Assembly: GCA_964057225.1 (NCBI GenBank) | Contig: OZ059897.1 | Span: 20,212,001 to 20,276,000, forward strand | Source of the DNA: Auanema rhodensis | Lineage: Eukaryota > Animalia > Nematoda | Direction: 5' to 3' | DNA length: 64,000 nucleotides | Part shown: positions 39,101 to 52,800 of the stretch, piece after piece | Layout: each line of letters starts with the position of its first letter | Position numbering within the stretch: the first letter of the stretch is position 1 | Translations under genes and position numbers: made by a program | The notes under the pieces: generated by a model | Told to the model about the DNA's origin: nothing | Databases searched by the model: none | Seen by the model: the letters and a program-made list of their open reading frames with translations, nothing else

Positions 39101-42100
39101 CTTCCAAAAACATTTTGACAAAAATTTTTTCGAAAAATTTCAAAATAATTTAGCAAAAAGTAGATGTTTTTAGATTCCTTTTTTCAAGGCAAAGACGATG
39201 GACAATGTTATTCAACGAGAAAATTATTTCTTCAGGGTGAAAATCGAGGATATAAGTGTGAACTTATATCAGTTGATATATCGGTGCATTTTTAAGCTAG
39301 CGCAAATCTGATAACACAGATCGACGCAGCTTAAAAATCCGCATCGAATGCACTATACTACATTAAGAAACGCTTAATACAAAAATTAGTTATGATCGTT
39401 TGAAAAATGATGCATTAGTGTATGTTGAGTTTCCATGTACACTCAACATTGCTTCCAAAAACATTTTGACAAAAATTTTTTCGAAAAATTTCAAAATAAT
39501 TTAGCAAAAAGTAGATGTTTTTAGATACCTTTTTTCAAGGCAAAGACGATGAACAATGTTATTCAACGAAAAAATTAATTCTTCAGGGTGAAAATCGAGG
39601 ATATAAGTGTAAACTTATATCAGTTGATATCTCGGTGCATTTTTAAGCTAGCGCAAATCTGATAACACAGATCGACGCAGCTTAAAAATCCGCATCGAAT
39701 GCACTATACTACATTGAGAAACGCTTAATACAAAAATTAGTTATGATCGTTTGAAAAATGATGCATTAGTGTATGTTGAGTTTCCATGTACACTCAACAT
39801 TGCTTCCAAAAACATTTTGACAAAAATTTTTTCGAAAAATTTCAAAATAATTTAGCAAAAAGTAGATGTTTTTAGATTCCTTTTTTCAAGGCAAAGACGA
39901 TGGACAATGTTATTCAACGAAAAAATTATTTCTTCAGGGTGAAAATCGAGGATATAAGTGTGAACTTATATCAGTTGATATCTCGGTGCATTTTTAAGCT
40001 AGCGCAAATCTGATAACACAGATCGACGCAGCTTAAAAATCCGCATCGAATGCACTATACTACATGGAAGAACGCTTAATACAAAAATTAGTTATGATCG
40101 TTTGAAAAATGATGCATTAGTGTATGTTGAGTTTCCATGTACACTCAACATTGCTTCCAAAAACATTTTGACAAAAATTTTTTCGAAAAATTTCAAAATA
40201 ATTTAGCAAAAAGTAGATGTTTTTAGATTCCTTTTTTCAAGGCAAAGACGATGGACAATGTTATTCAACGAAAAAATTATTTCTTCAGGGTGAAAATCGA
40301 GGATATAAGTGTGAACTTATATCAGTTGATATATCGGTGCATTTTTAAGCTAGCGCAAATCTGAGAACACAGATCGACGCAGCTTAAAAATCCGCATCGA
40401 ATGCACTATACTACATTAAGAAACGCTTAATACAAAAATTAGTTATGATCGTTTGAAAAATGATGCATTAGTGTATGTTGAGTTTCCATGTACACTCAAC
40501 ATTGCTTCCAAAAACATTTTGACAAAAATTTTTTCGAAAAATTTCAAAATAATTTAGCAAAAAGTAGATGTTTTTAGATTCCTTTTTTCAAGGCAAAGAC
40601 GATGGACAATGTTATTCAACGAAAAAATTAATTCTTCAGGGTGAAAATCGAGGATATAAGTGTAAACTTATATCAGTTGATATCTCGGTACATTTTTAAG
40701 CTAGCGCAAATCTGATAACACAGATCGACGCAGCTTAAAAATCCGCATCGAATGCACTATACTACATGGAAGAACGCTTAATACAAAAATTAGTTATGAT
40801 CGTTTGAAAAATGATGCATTAGTGTATGTTGAGTTTCCATGTACACTCAACATTGCTTCCAAAAACATTTTGACAAAAATTTTTTCGAAAAATTTCAGAA
40901 TAATTTAGCAAAAAGTAGATGTTTTTAGATTCCTTTTTTCAAGGCAAAGACGATAAACAATGTTATTCAACGAAAAAATTAATTCTTCAGGGTGAAAATC
41001 GAGGATATAAGTGTAAACTTATATCAGTTGATATCTCGGTGCATTTTTAAGCTAGCGCAAATCTGATAACACAGATCGACGCAGCTTAAAAATCCGCATC
41101 GAATGCACTATACTACATTGAGAAACGCTTAATACAAAAATTAGTTATGATCGTTTGAAAAATGATGCATTAGTGTATGTTGAGTTTCCATGTACACTCA
41201 ACATTGCTTCCAAAAACATTTTGACAAAAATTTTTTCGAAAAATTTCAAAATAATTTAGCAAAAAGTAGATGTTTTTAGATTCCTTTTTTCAAGGCAAAG
41301 ACGATAAACAATGTTATTCAACGAAAAAATTAATTCTTCAGGGTGAAAATCGAGGATATAAGTGTAAACTTATATCAGTTGATATCTCGGTGCATTTTTA
41401 AGCTAGCGCAAATCTGATAACACAGATCGACGCAGCTTAAAAATCCGCATCGAATGCACTATACTACATGGAAGAACGCTTAATACAAAAATTAGTTATG
41501 ATCGTTTGAAAAATGATGCATTAGTGTATGTTGAGTTTCCATGTACACTCAACATTGCTTCCAAAAACATTTTGACAAAAATTTTTTCGAAAAATTTCAA
41601 AATAATTTAGCAAAAAGTAGATGTTTTTAGATACCTTTTTTCAAGGCAAAGACGATGAACAATGTTATTCAACGAAAAAATTAATTCTTCAGGGTGAAAA
41701 TCGAGGATATAAGTGTAAACTTATATCAGTTGATATCTCGGTGCATTTTTAAGCTAGCGCAAATCTGATAACACAGATCGACGCAGCTTAAAAATCCGCA
41801 TCGAATGCACTATACTACATTGAGAAACGCTTAATACAAAAATTAGTTATGATCGTTTGAAAAATGATGCATTAGTGTATGTTGAGTTTCCATGTACACT
41901 CAACATTGCTTCCAAAAACATTTTGACAAAAATTTTTTCGAAAAATTTCAAAATAATTTAGCAAAAAGTAGATGTTTTTAGATTCCTTTTTTCAAGGCAA
42001 AGACGATGGACAATGTTATTCAACGAAAACATTATTTCTTCAGGGTGAAAATCGAGGATATAAGTGTGAACTTATATCAGTTGATATCTCGGTGCATTTT

Positions 42101-45100
42101 TAAGCTAGCGCAAATCTGATAACACAGATCGACGCAGCTTAAAAATCCGCATCGAATGCACTATACTACAATGAGAAACGCTTAATACAAAAATTAGTTA
42201 TGATCGTTTGAAAAATGATGCATTAGTGTATGTTGAGTTTCCATGTACACTCAACATTGCTTCCAAAAACATTTTGACAAAAATTTTTTCGAAAAATTTC
42301 AAAATAATTTAGCAAAAAGTAGATGTTTTTGGATTCCTTTTTTCAAGGCAAAGACAATGGACCATGTTATTCAACGAAAAAATTAATTCTTCAGGGTGAA
42401 AATCGAGGATATAAGTGTGAACTTATATCAGTTGATATCTCGGTGCATTTTTAAGCTAGCGCAAATCTGATAACACAGATCGACGCAGCTTAAAAATCCG
42501 CATCGAATGCACTATACTACATTAAGAAACGCTTAATACAAAAATTAGTTATGATCGTTTGAGAAATGATGCATTAGTGTATGTTGAGTTTCCATGTACA
42601 CTCAACATTGCTTCCAAAAACATTTTGACAAAAATTTTTTCGAAAAATTTCAGAATAATTTAGCAAAAAGTAGATGTTTTTAGATTCCTTTTTTCAAGGC
42701 GAAGACGATGGACAATGTTATTCAACGAAAAAATTAATTCTTCAGGGTGAAAATCGAGGATATAAGTGTGAACTTATATCAGTTGATATCTCGGTACATT
42801 TTTAAGCTAGCGCAAATCTGATAACACAGATCGACGCAGCTTAAAAATCCGCATCGAATGCACTATACTATATGGAAGAACGCTTAATACAAAAATTAGT
42901 TATGATCGTTTGAAAAATGATGCATTAGTGTATGTTGAGTTTCCATGTACACTCAACATTGCTTCCAAAAACATTTTGACAAAAATTTTTTCGAAAAATT
43001 TCAAAATAATTTAGCAAAAAGTAGATGTTTTTAGACTCCTTTTTTCAAGGCAAAGACGATGGACAATGTTATTCAACGAAAAAATTATTTCTTCAGGGTG
43101 AAAATCGAGGATATAAGTGTGAACTTATATCAGTTGATATATCGGTGCATTTTTAAGCTAGCGCAAATCTGATAACACAGATCGACGCAGCTTAAAAATC
43201 CGCATCGAATGCACTATACTACATTAAGAAACGCTTAATACAAAAATTAGTTATGATCGTTTGAAAAATGATGCATTAGTGTATGTTGAGTTTCCATGTA
43301 CACTCAACATTGCTTCCAAAAACATTTTGACAAAACTTTTTTCGAAAAATTTCAAAATAATTTAGCAAAAAGTAGATGTTTTTAGATTCCTTTTTTCAAG
43401 GCAAAGACGATGGACAATGTTATTCAACGAAAAAATTAATTCTTCAGGGTGAAAATCGAGGATATAAGTGTGAACTTATATCAGTTGATATCTCGGTACA
43501 TTTTTAAGCTAGCGCAAATCTGATAACACAGATCGACGCAGCTTAAAAATCCGCATCGAATGCACTATACTACATGGAAGAACGCTTAATACAAAAATTA
43601 GTTATGATCGTTTGAAAAATGATGCATTAGTGTATGTTGAGTTTCCATGTACACTCAACATTGCTTCCAAAAACATTTTGACAAAAATTTTTTCGAAAAA
43701 TTTCAAAATAATTTAGCAAAAAGTAGATGTTTTTAGATTCCTTTTTTCAAGGCAAAGACAATGGACCATGTTATTCAACGAAAAAATTAATTCTTCAGGG
43801 TGAAAATCGAGGATATAAGTGTAAACTTATATCATTTGATATCTCGGTGCATTTTTAAGCTAGCGCAAATCTGATAACACAGATCGACGCAGCTTAAAAA
43901 TCCGCATCAAATGCACTATACTACATTAAGAAACGCTTAATACAAAAAGTAGTTATGATCGTTTGAAAAATGATGCATTAGTGTATGTTGAGTTTCCATG
44001 TACACTCAACATTGCTTCCAAAAACATTTTGACAAAAATTTTTTCGAAAAATTTCAAAATAATTTAGCAAAAAGTAGATGTTTTTAGATTCCTTTTTTTA
44101 AGGCGAAGACGATGGACAATGTTATTCAACGAAAAAATTAATTCTTCAGGGTGAAAATCGAGGATATAAGTGTGAACTTATATCAGTTGATATCTCGGTA
44201 CATTTTTAAGCTAGCGCAAATCTGATAACACAGATCGACGCAGCTTAAAAATCCGCATCGAATGCACTATACTACATGGAAGAACGCTTAATACAAAAAT
44301 TAGTTATGATCGTTTGAAAAATGATGCATTAGTGTATGTTGAGTTTCCATGTACACTCAACATTGCTTCCAAAAACATTTTGACAAAAATGTTTTCGAAA
44401 AATTTCAAAATAATTTAGCAAAAAGTAGATGTTTTTAGATTCCTTTTTTCAAGGCAAAGACAATGGACCATGTTATTCAACGAAAAAATTAATTCTTCAG
44501 GGTGAAAATCGAGGATATAAGTGTAAACTTATATCATTTGATATCTCGGTGCATTTTTAAGCTAGCGCAAATCTGATAACACAGATCGACGCAGCTTAAA
44601 AATCCGCATCGAATGCACTATACTACATGGAAGAACGCTTAATACAAAAATTAGTTATGATCGTTTGAAAAATGATGCATTAGTGTATGTTGAGTTTCCA
44701 TGTACACTCAACATTGCTTCCAAAAACATTTTGACAAAAATTTTTTCGAAAAATTTCAAAATAATTTAGCAAAAAGTAGATGTTTTTAGATTCCTTTTTT
44801 CAAGGCAAAGACGATGGACAATGTTATTCAACGAAAAAATTATTTCTTCAGGGTGAAAATCGAGGATATAAGTGTGAACTTATATCAGTTGATATATCGG
44901 TGCATTTTTAAGCTAGCGCAAATCTGAGAACACAGATCGACGCAGCTTAAAAATCCGCATCGAATGCACTATACTACATTAAGAAACGCTTAATACAAAA
45001 ATTAGTTATGATCGTTTGAAAAATGATGCATTAGTGTATGTTGAGTTTCCATGTACACTCAACATTGCTTCCAAAAACATTTTGACAAAAATTTTTTCGA

Positions 45101-48100
45101 AAAATTTCAAAATAATTTAGCAAAAAGTAGATGTTTTTAGATTCCTTTTTTCAAGGCAAAGACGATGGACAATGTTATTCAACGAAAAAATTAATTCTTC
45201 AGGGTGAAAATCGAGGATATAAGTGTAAACTTATATCAGTTGATATCTCGGTACATTTTTAAGCTAGCGCAAATCTGATAACACAGATCGACGCAGCTTA
45301 AAAATCCGCATCGAATGCACTATACTACATGGAAGAACGCTTAATACAAAAATTAGTTATGATCGTTTGAAAAATGATGCATTAGTGTATGTTGAGTTTC
45401 CATGTACACTCAACATTGCTTCCAAAAACATTTTGACAAAAATTTTTTCGAAAAATTTCAAAATAATTTAGCAAAAAGTAGATGTTTTTAGATTCCTTTT
45501 TTCAAGGCAAAGACGATAAACAATGTAATTCAACGAAAAAATTAATTCTTCAGGGTGAAAATCGAGGATATAAGTGTAAACTTATATCAGTTGATATCTC
45601 GGTGCATTTTTAAGCTAGCGCAAATCTGATAACACAGATCGACGCAGCTTAAAAATCCGCATCGAATGCACTATACTACATTGAGAAACGCTTAATACAC
45701 AAATTAGTTATGATTGTTTGAAAAATGATGCATTAGTGTATGTTGAGTTTCCATGTACACTCAACATTGCTTCCAAAAACATTTTGACAAAAATTTTTTC
45801 GAAAAATTTCAAAATAATTTAGCAAAAAGTAGATGTTTTTAGATTCCTTTTTTCAAGGCAAAGACAATGGACCATGTTATTCAACGAAAAAATTAATTCT
45901 TCAGGGTGAAAATCGAGGATATAAGTGTAAACTTATATCATTTGATATCTCGGTGCATTTTTAAGCTAGCGCAAATCTGATAACACCGATCGACGCAGCT
46001 TAAAAATCCGCATCGAATGCACTATACTACATTAAGAAACGCTTAATACAAAAATTAGTTATGATCGTTTGAAAAATGATGCATTAGTGTATGTTGAGTT
46101 TCCATGTACACTCAACATTGCTTCCAAAAACATTTTGACAAAAATTTTTTCGAAAAATTTCAAAATAATTCAGCAAAAAGTAGATGTTTTTAGATTCCTT
46201 TTTTCAAGGCGAAGACGATGGACAATGTTATTCAACGAAAAAATTAATTCTTCAGGGTGAAAATCGAGGATATAAGTGTGAACTTATATCAGTTGATATC
46301 TCGGTACATTTTTAAGCTAGCGCAAATCTGATAACACAGATCGACGCAGCTTAAAAATCCGCATCGAATGCACTATACTACATGGAAGAACGCTTAATAC
46401 AAAAATTAGTTATGATCGTTTGAAAAATGATGCATTAGTGTATGTTGAGTTTCCATGTACACTCAACATTGCTTCCAAAAACATTTTGACAAAAATTTTT
46501 TCGAAAAATTTCAAAATAATTTAGCAAAAAGTAGATGTTTTTAGATTCCTTTTTTCAAGGCAAAGACAATGGACCATGTTATTCATCGAAAAAATTAATT
46601 CTTCAGGGTGAAAATCGAGGATATAAGTGTAAACTTATATCATTTGATATCTCGGTGCATTTTTAAGCTAGCGCAAATCTGATAACACAGATCGACGCAG
46701 CTTAAAAATCCGCATCGAATGCACTATACTACATTAAGAAACGCTTAATACAAAAATTAGTTATGATCGTTTGAAAAATGATGCATTAGTGTATGTTGAG
46801 TTTCCATGTACACTCAACATTGCTTCCAAAAACATTTTGACAAAAATTTTTTCGAAAAATTTCAAAATAATTTAGCAAAAAGTAGATGTTTTTAGATTCC
46901 TTTTTTCAAGGCAAAGACAATGGACCATGTTATTCAACGAAAAAATTAATTCTTCAGGGTGAAAATCGAGGATATAAGTGTGAACTTATATCAGTTGATA
47001 TCTCGGTGCATTTTTAAGCTAGCGCAAATCTGATAACACAGATCGACGCAGCTTAAAAATCCGCATCGAATGCACTATACTACATTAAGAAACGCTTAGT
47101 ACAAAAATTAGTTATGATCGTTTGAAAAATGATGCATTAGTGTATGTTGAGTTTCCATGTACACTCAACATTGCTTCCAAAAACATTTTGACAAAAATTT
47201 TTTCGAAAAATTTCAAAATAATTTAGCAAAAAGTAGATGTTTTTAGATTCCTTTTTTCAAGGCAAAGACGATGGACAATGTTATTCAACGAAAAAATTAA
47301 TTCTTCAGGGTGAAAATCGAGGATATAAGTGTAAACTTATATCAGTTGATATCTCGGTACATTTTTAAGCTAGCGCAAATCTGATAACACAGATCGACGC
47401 AGCTTAAAAATCCGCATCGAATGCACTATACTACATGGAAGAACGCTTAATACAAAAATTAGTTATGATCGTTTGAAAAATGATGCATTAGTGTATGTTG
47501 AGTTTCCATGTACACTCAACATTGCTTCCAAAAACATTTTGACAAAAATTTTTTCGAAAAATTTCAAAATAATTTAGCAAAAAGTAGATGTTTTTAGATT
47601 CCTTTTTTCAAGGCAAAGACGATGGACAATGTTATTTAACGAAAAAATTAATTCTTCAGGGTGAAAATCGAGGATAAAAGTGTAAACTTATATCAGTTGA
47701 TATCTCGGTGCATTTTTAAGCTAGCGCAAATCTGATAACACAGATCGACGCAGCTTAAAAATCCGCATCGAATGCACTATACTACATTGAGAAACGCTTA
47801 ATACAAAAATTAGTTATGATCGTTTGAAAAATGATGCATTAGTGTATGTTGAGTTTCCATGTACACTCAACATTGCTTCCAAAAACATTTTGACAAAAAT
47901 TTTTTCGAAAAATTTCAAAATAATTTAGCAAAAAGTAGATGTTTTTAGATTCCTTTTTTCAAGGCAAAGACGATAAACAATGTAATTCAACGAAAAAATT
48001 AATTCTTCAGGGTGAAAATCGAGGATATAAGTGTAAACTTATATCAGTTGATATCTCGGTGCATTTTTAAGCTAGCGCAAATCTGATAACACAGATCGAC

Positions 48101-49841
48101 GCAGCTTAAAAATCCGCATCGAATGCACTATACTACATTGAGAAACGCTTAATACACAAATTAGTTATGATTGTTTGAAAAATGATGCATTAGTGTATGT
48201 TGAGTTTCCATGTACACTCAACATTGCTTCCAAAAACATTTTGACAAAAATTTTTTCGAAAAATTTCAAAATAATTTAGCAAAAAGTAGATGTTTTTAGA
48301 TTCCTTTTTTCAAGGCAAAGACAATGGACCATGTTATTCAACGAAAAAATTAATTCTTCAGGGTGAAAATCGAGGATATAAGTGTAAACTTATATCATTT
48401 GATATCTCGGTGCATTTTTAAGCTAGCGCAAATCTGATAACACAGATCGACGCAGCTTAAAAATCCGCATCGAATGCACTATACTACATTGAGAAACGCT
48501 TAATACAAAAATTAGTTATGATCGTTTGAAAAATGATGCATTAGTGTATGTTGAGTTTCCATGTACACTCAACATTGCTTCCAAAAACATTTTGACAAAA
48601 ATTTTTTCGAAAAATTTCAAAATAATTTAGCAAAAAGTAGATGTTTTTAAATTCCTTTTTTCAAGGCAAAGACGATAAACAATGTAATTCAACGAAAAAA
48701 TTAATTCTTCAGGGTGAAAATCGAGGATATAAGTGTAAACTTATATCAGTTGATATCTCGGTGCATTTTTAAGCTAGCGCAAATCTGATAACACAGATCG
48801 ACGCAGCTTAAAAATCCGCATCGAATGCACTATACTACATTGAGAAACGCTTAATACACAAATTAGTTATGATTGTTTGAAAAATGATGCATTAGTGTAT
48901 GTTGAGTTTCCATGTACACTCAACATTGCTTCCAAAAACATTTTGACAAAAATTTTTTCGAAAAATTTCAAAATAATTTAGCAAAAAGTAGATGTTTTTA
49001 GATTCCTTTTTTCAAGGCAAAGACAATGGACCATGTTATTCAACGAAAAAATTAATTCTTCAGGGTGAAAATCGAGGATATAAGTGTAAACTTATATCAT
49101 TTGATATCTCGGTGCATTTTTAAGCTAGCGCAAATCTGATAACACAGATCGACGCAGCTTAAAAATCCGCATCGAATGCACTATACTACATTAAGAAACG
49201 CTTAATACAAAAATTAGTTATGATCGTTTGAAAAATGATGCATTAGTGTATGTTGAGTTTCCATGTACACTCAACATTGCTTCCAAAAACATTTTGACAA
49301 AAATTTTTTCGAAAAATTTCAAAATAATTTAGCAAAAAGTAGATGTTTTTAGATTCCTTTTTTCAAGGCAAAGACAATGGACCATGTTATTCAACGAAAA
49401 AATTAATTCTTCAGGGTGAAAATCGAGGATATAAGTGTGAACTTATATCAGTTGATATCTCGGTGCATTTTTAAGCTAGCGCAAATCTGATAACACAGAT
49501 CGACGCAGCTTAAAAATCCGCATCGAATGCACTATACTACATTAAGAAACGCTTAGTACAAAAATTAGTTATGATCGTTTGAAAAATGATGCATTAGTGT
49601 ATGTTGAGTTTCCATGTACACTCAACATTGCTTCCAAAAACATTTTGACAAAAATTTTTTCGAAAAATTTCAAAATAATTTAGCAAAAAGTAGATGTTTT
49701 TAGATTCCTTTTTTCAAGGCAAAGACGATGGACAATGTTATTCAACGAAAAAATTAATTCTTCAGGGTGAAAATCGAGGATATAAGTGTAAACTTATATC
49801 AGTTGATATCTCGGTACATTTTTAAGCTAGCGCAAATCTGA

Positions 49842-52800
49842 TAACACAGATCGACGCAGCTTAAAAATCCGCATCGAATGCACTATACTACATGGAAGAA
49901 CGCTTAATACAAAAATTAGTTATGATCGTTTGAAAAATGATGCATTAGTGTATGTTGAGTTTCCATGTACACTCAACATTGCTTCCAAAAACATTTTGAC
50001 AAAAATTTTTTCGAAAAATTTCAAAATAATTTAGCAAAAAGTAGATGTTTTTAGATTCCTTTTTTCAAGGCAAAGACGATGGACAATGTTATTTAACGAA
50101 AAAATTAATTCTTCAGGGTGAAAATCGAGGATAAAAGTGTAAACTTATATCAGTTGATATCTCGGTGCATTTTTAAGCTAGCGCAAATCTGATAACACAG
50201 ATCGACGCAGCTTAAAAATCCGCATCGAATGCACTATACTACATTGAGAAACGCTTAATACAAAAATTAGTTATGATCGTTTGAAAAATGATGCATTAGT
50301 GTATGTTGAGTTTCCATGTACACTCAACATTGCTTCCAAAAACATTTTGACAAAAATTTTTTCGAAAAATTTCAAAATAATTTAGCAAAAAGTAGATGTT
50401 TTTAGATTCCTTTTTTCAAGGCAAAGACGATAAACAATGTAATTCAACGAAAAAATTAATTCTTCAGGGTGAAAATCGAGGATATAAGTGTAAACTTATA
50501 TCAGTTGATATCTCGGTGCATTTTTAAGCTAGCGCAAATCTGATAACACAGATCGACGCAGCTTAAAAATCCGCATCGAATGCACTATACTACATTGAGA
50601 AACGCTTAATACACAAATTAGTTATGATTGTTTGAAAAATGATGCATTAGTATATGTTGAGTTTCCATGTACACTCAACATTGCTTCCAAAAACATTTTG
50701 ACAAAAATTTTTTCGAAAAATTTCAAAATAATTTAGCAAAAAGTAGATGTTTTTAGATTCCTTTTTTCAAGGCAAAGACAATGGACCATGTTATTCAACG
50801 AAAAAATTAATTCTTCAGGGTGAAAATCGAGGATATAAGTGTAAACTTATATCATTTGATATCTCGGTGCATTTTTAAGCTAGCGCAAATCTGATAACAC
50901 CGATCGACGCAGCTTAAAAATCCGCATCGAATGCACTATACTACATTAAGAAACGCTTAATACAAAAATTAGTTATGATCGTTTGAAAAATGATGCATTA
51001 GTGTATGTTGAGTTTCCATGTACACTCAACATTGCTTCCAAAAACATTTTGACAAAAATTTTTTCGAAAAATTTCAAAATAATTCAGCAAAAAGTAGATG
51101 TTTTTAGATTCCTTTTTTCAAGGCGAAGACGATGGACAATGTTATTCAACGAAAAAATTAATTCTTCAGGGTGAAAATCGAGGATATAAGTGTGAACTTA
51201 TATCAGTTGATATCTCGGTACATTTTTAAGCTAGCGCAAATCTGATAACACAGATCGACGCAGCTTAAAAATCCGCATCGAATGCACTATACTACATGGA
51301 AGAACGCTTAATACAAAAATTAGTTATGATCGTTTGAAAAATGATGCATTAGTGTATGTTGAGTTTCCATGTACACTCAACATTGCTTCCAAAAACATTT
51401 TGACAAAAATTTTTTCGAAAAATTTCAAAATAATTTAGCAAAAAGTAGATGTTTTTAGATTCCTTTTTTCAAGGCAAAGACAATGGACCATGTTATTCAA
51501 CGAAAAAATTAATTCTTCAGGGTGAAAATCGAGGATATAAGTGTAAACTTATATCATTTGATATCTCGGTGCATTTTTAAGCTAGCGCAAATCTGATAAC
51601 ACAGATCGACGCAGCTTAAAAATCCGCATCGAATGCACTATACTACATTAAGAAACGCTTAATACAAAAATTAGTTATGATCGTTTGAAAAATGATGCAT
51701 TAGTGTATGTTGAGTTTCCATTTACACTCAACATTGCTTCCAAAAACATTTTGACAAAAATTTTTTCGAAAAATTTCAAAATAATTTAGCAAAAAGTAGA
51801 TGTTTTTAGATTCCTTTTTTCAAGGCAAAGACGATGGACAATGTTATTTAACGAAAAAATTAATTCTTCAGGGTGAAAATCGAGGATAAAAGTGTAAACT
51901 TATATCAGTTGATATCTCGGTGCATTTTTAAGCTAGCGCAAATCTGATAACACAGATCGACGCAGCTTAAAAATCCGCATCGAATGCACTATACTACATT
52001 AAGAAACGCTTAATACAAAAATTAGTTATGATCGTTTGAAAAATGATGCATTAGTGTATGTTGAGTTTCCATGTACACTCAACATTGCTTCCAAAAACAT
52101 TTTGACAAAAATTTTTTCGAAAAATTTCAAAATAATTTAGCAAAAAGTAGATGTTTTTAGATTCCTTTTTTCAAGGCAAAGACAATGGACCATGTTATTC
52201 AACGAAAAAATTAATTCTTCAGGGTGAAAATCGAGGATATAAGTGTGAACTTATATCAGTTGATATCTCGGTGCATTTTTAAGCTAGCGCAAATCTGATA
52301 ACACAGATCGACGCAGCTTAAAAATCCGCATCGAATGCACTATACTACATTAAGAAACGCTTAGTACAAAAATTAGTTATGATCGTTTGAAAAATGATGC
52401 ATTAGTGTATGTTGAGTTTCCATTTACACTCAACATTGCTTCCAAAAACATTTTGACAAAAATTTTTTCGAAAAATTTCAAAATAATTTAGCAAAAAGTA
52501 GATGTTTTTAGATTCCTTTTTTCAAGGCAAAGACGATGGACAATGTTATTTAACGAAAAAATTAATTCTTCAGGGTGAAAATCGAGGATAAAAGTGTAAA
52601 CTTATATCAGTTGATATCTCGGTGCATTTTTAAGCTAGCGCAAATCTGATAACACAGATCGACGCAGCTTAAAAATCCGCATCGAATGCACTATACTACA
52701 TTGAGAAACGCTTAATACAAAAATTAGTTATGATCGTTTGAAAAATGATGCATTAGTGTATGTTGAGTTTCCATGTACACTCAACATTGCTTCCAAAAAC

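Noticed and set aside
46069-46260. 63-aa ORF MKNDALVY... as a protein-coding gene (also 50983-51174, 55546-55737, 61864-62055)
   Set aside because: TTG start, lies wholly inside the satellite monomer, is interrupted by TAG in nearly all other copies, and has a K/F/I/N-rich composition reflecting A/T tracts. No recognisable domain.
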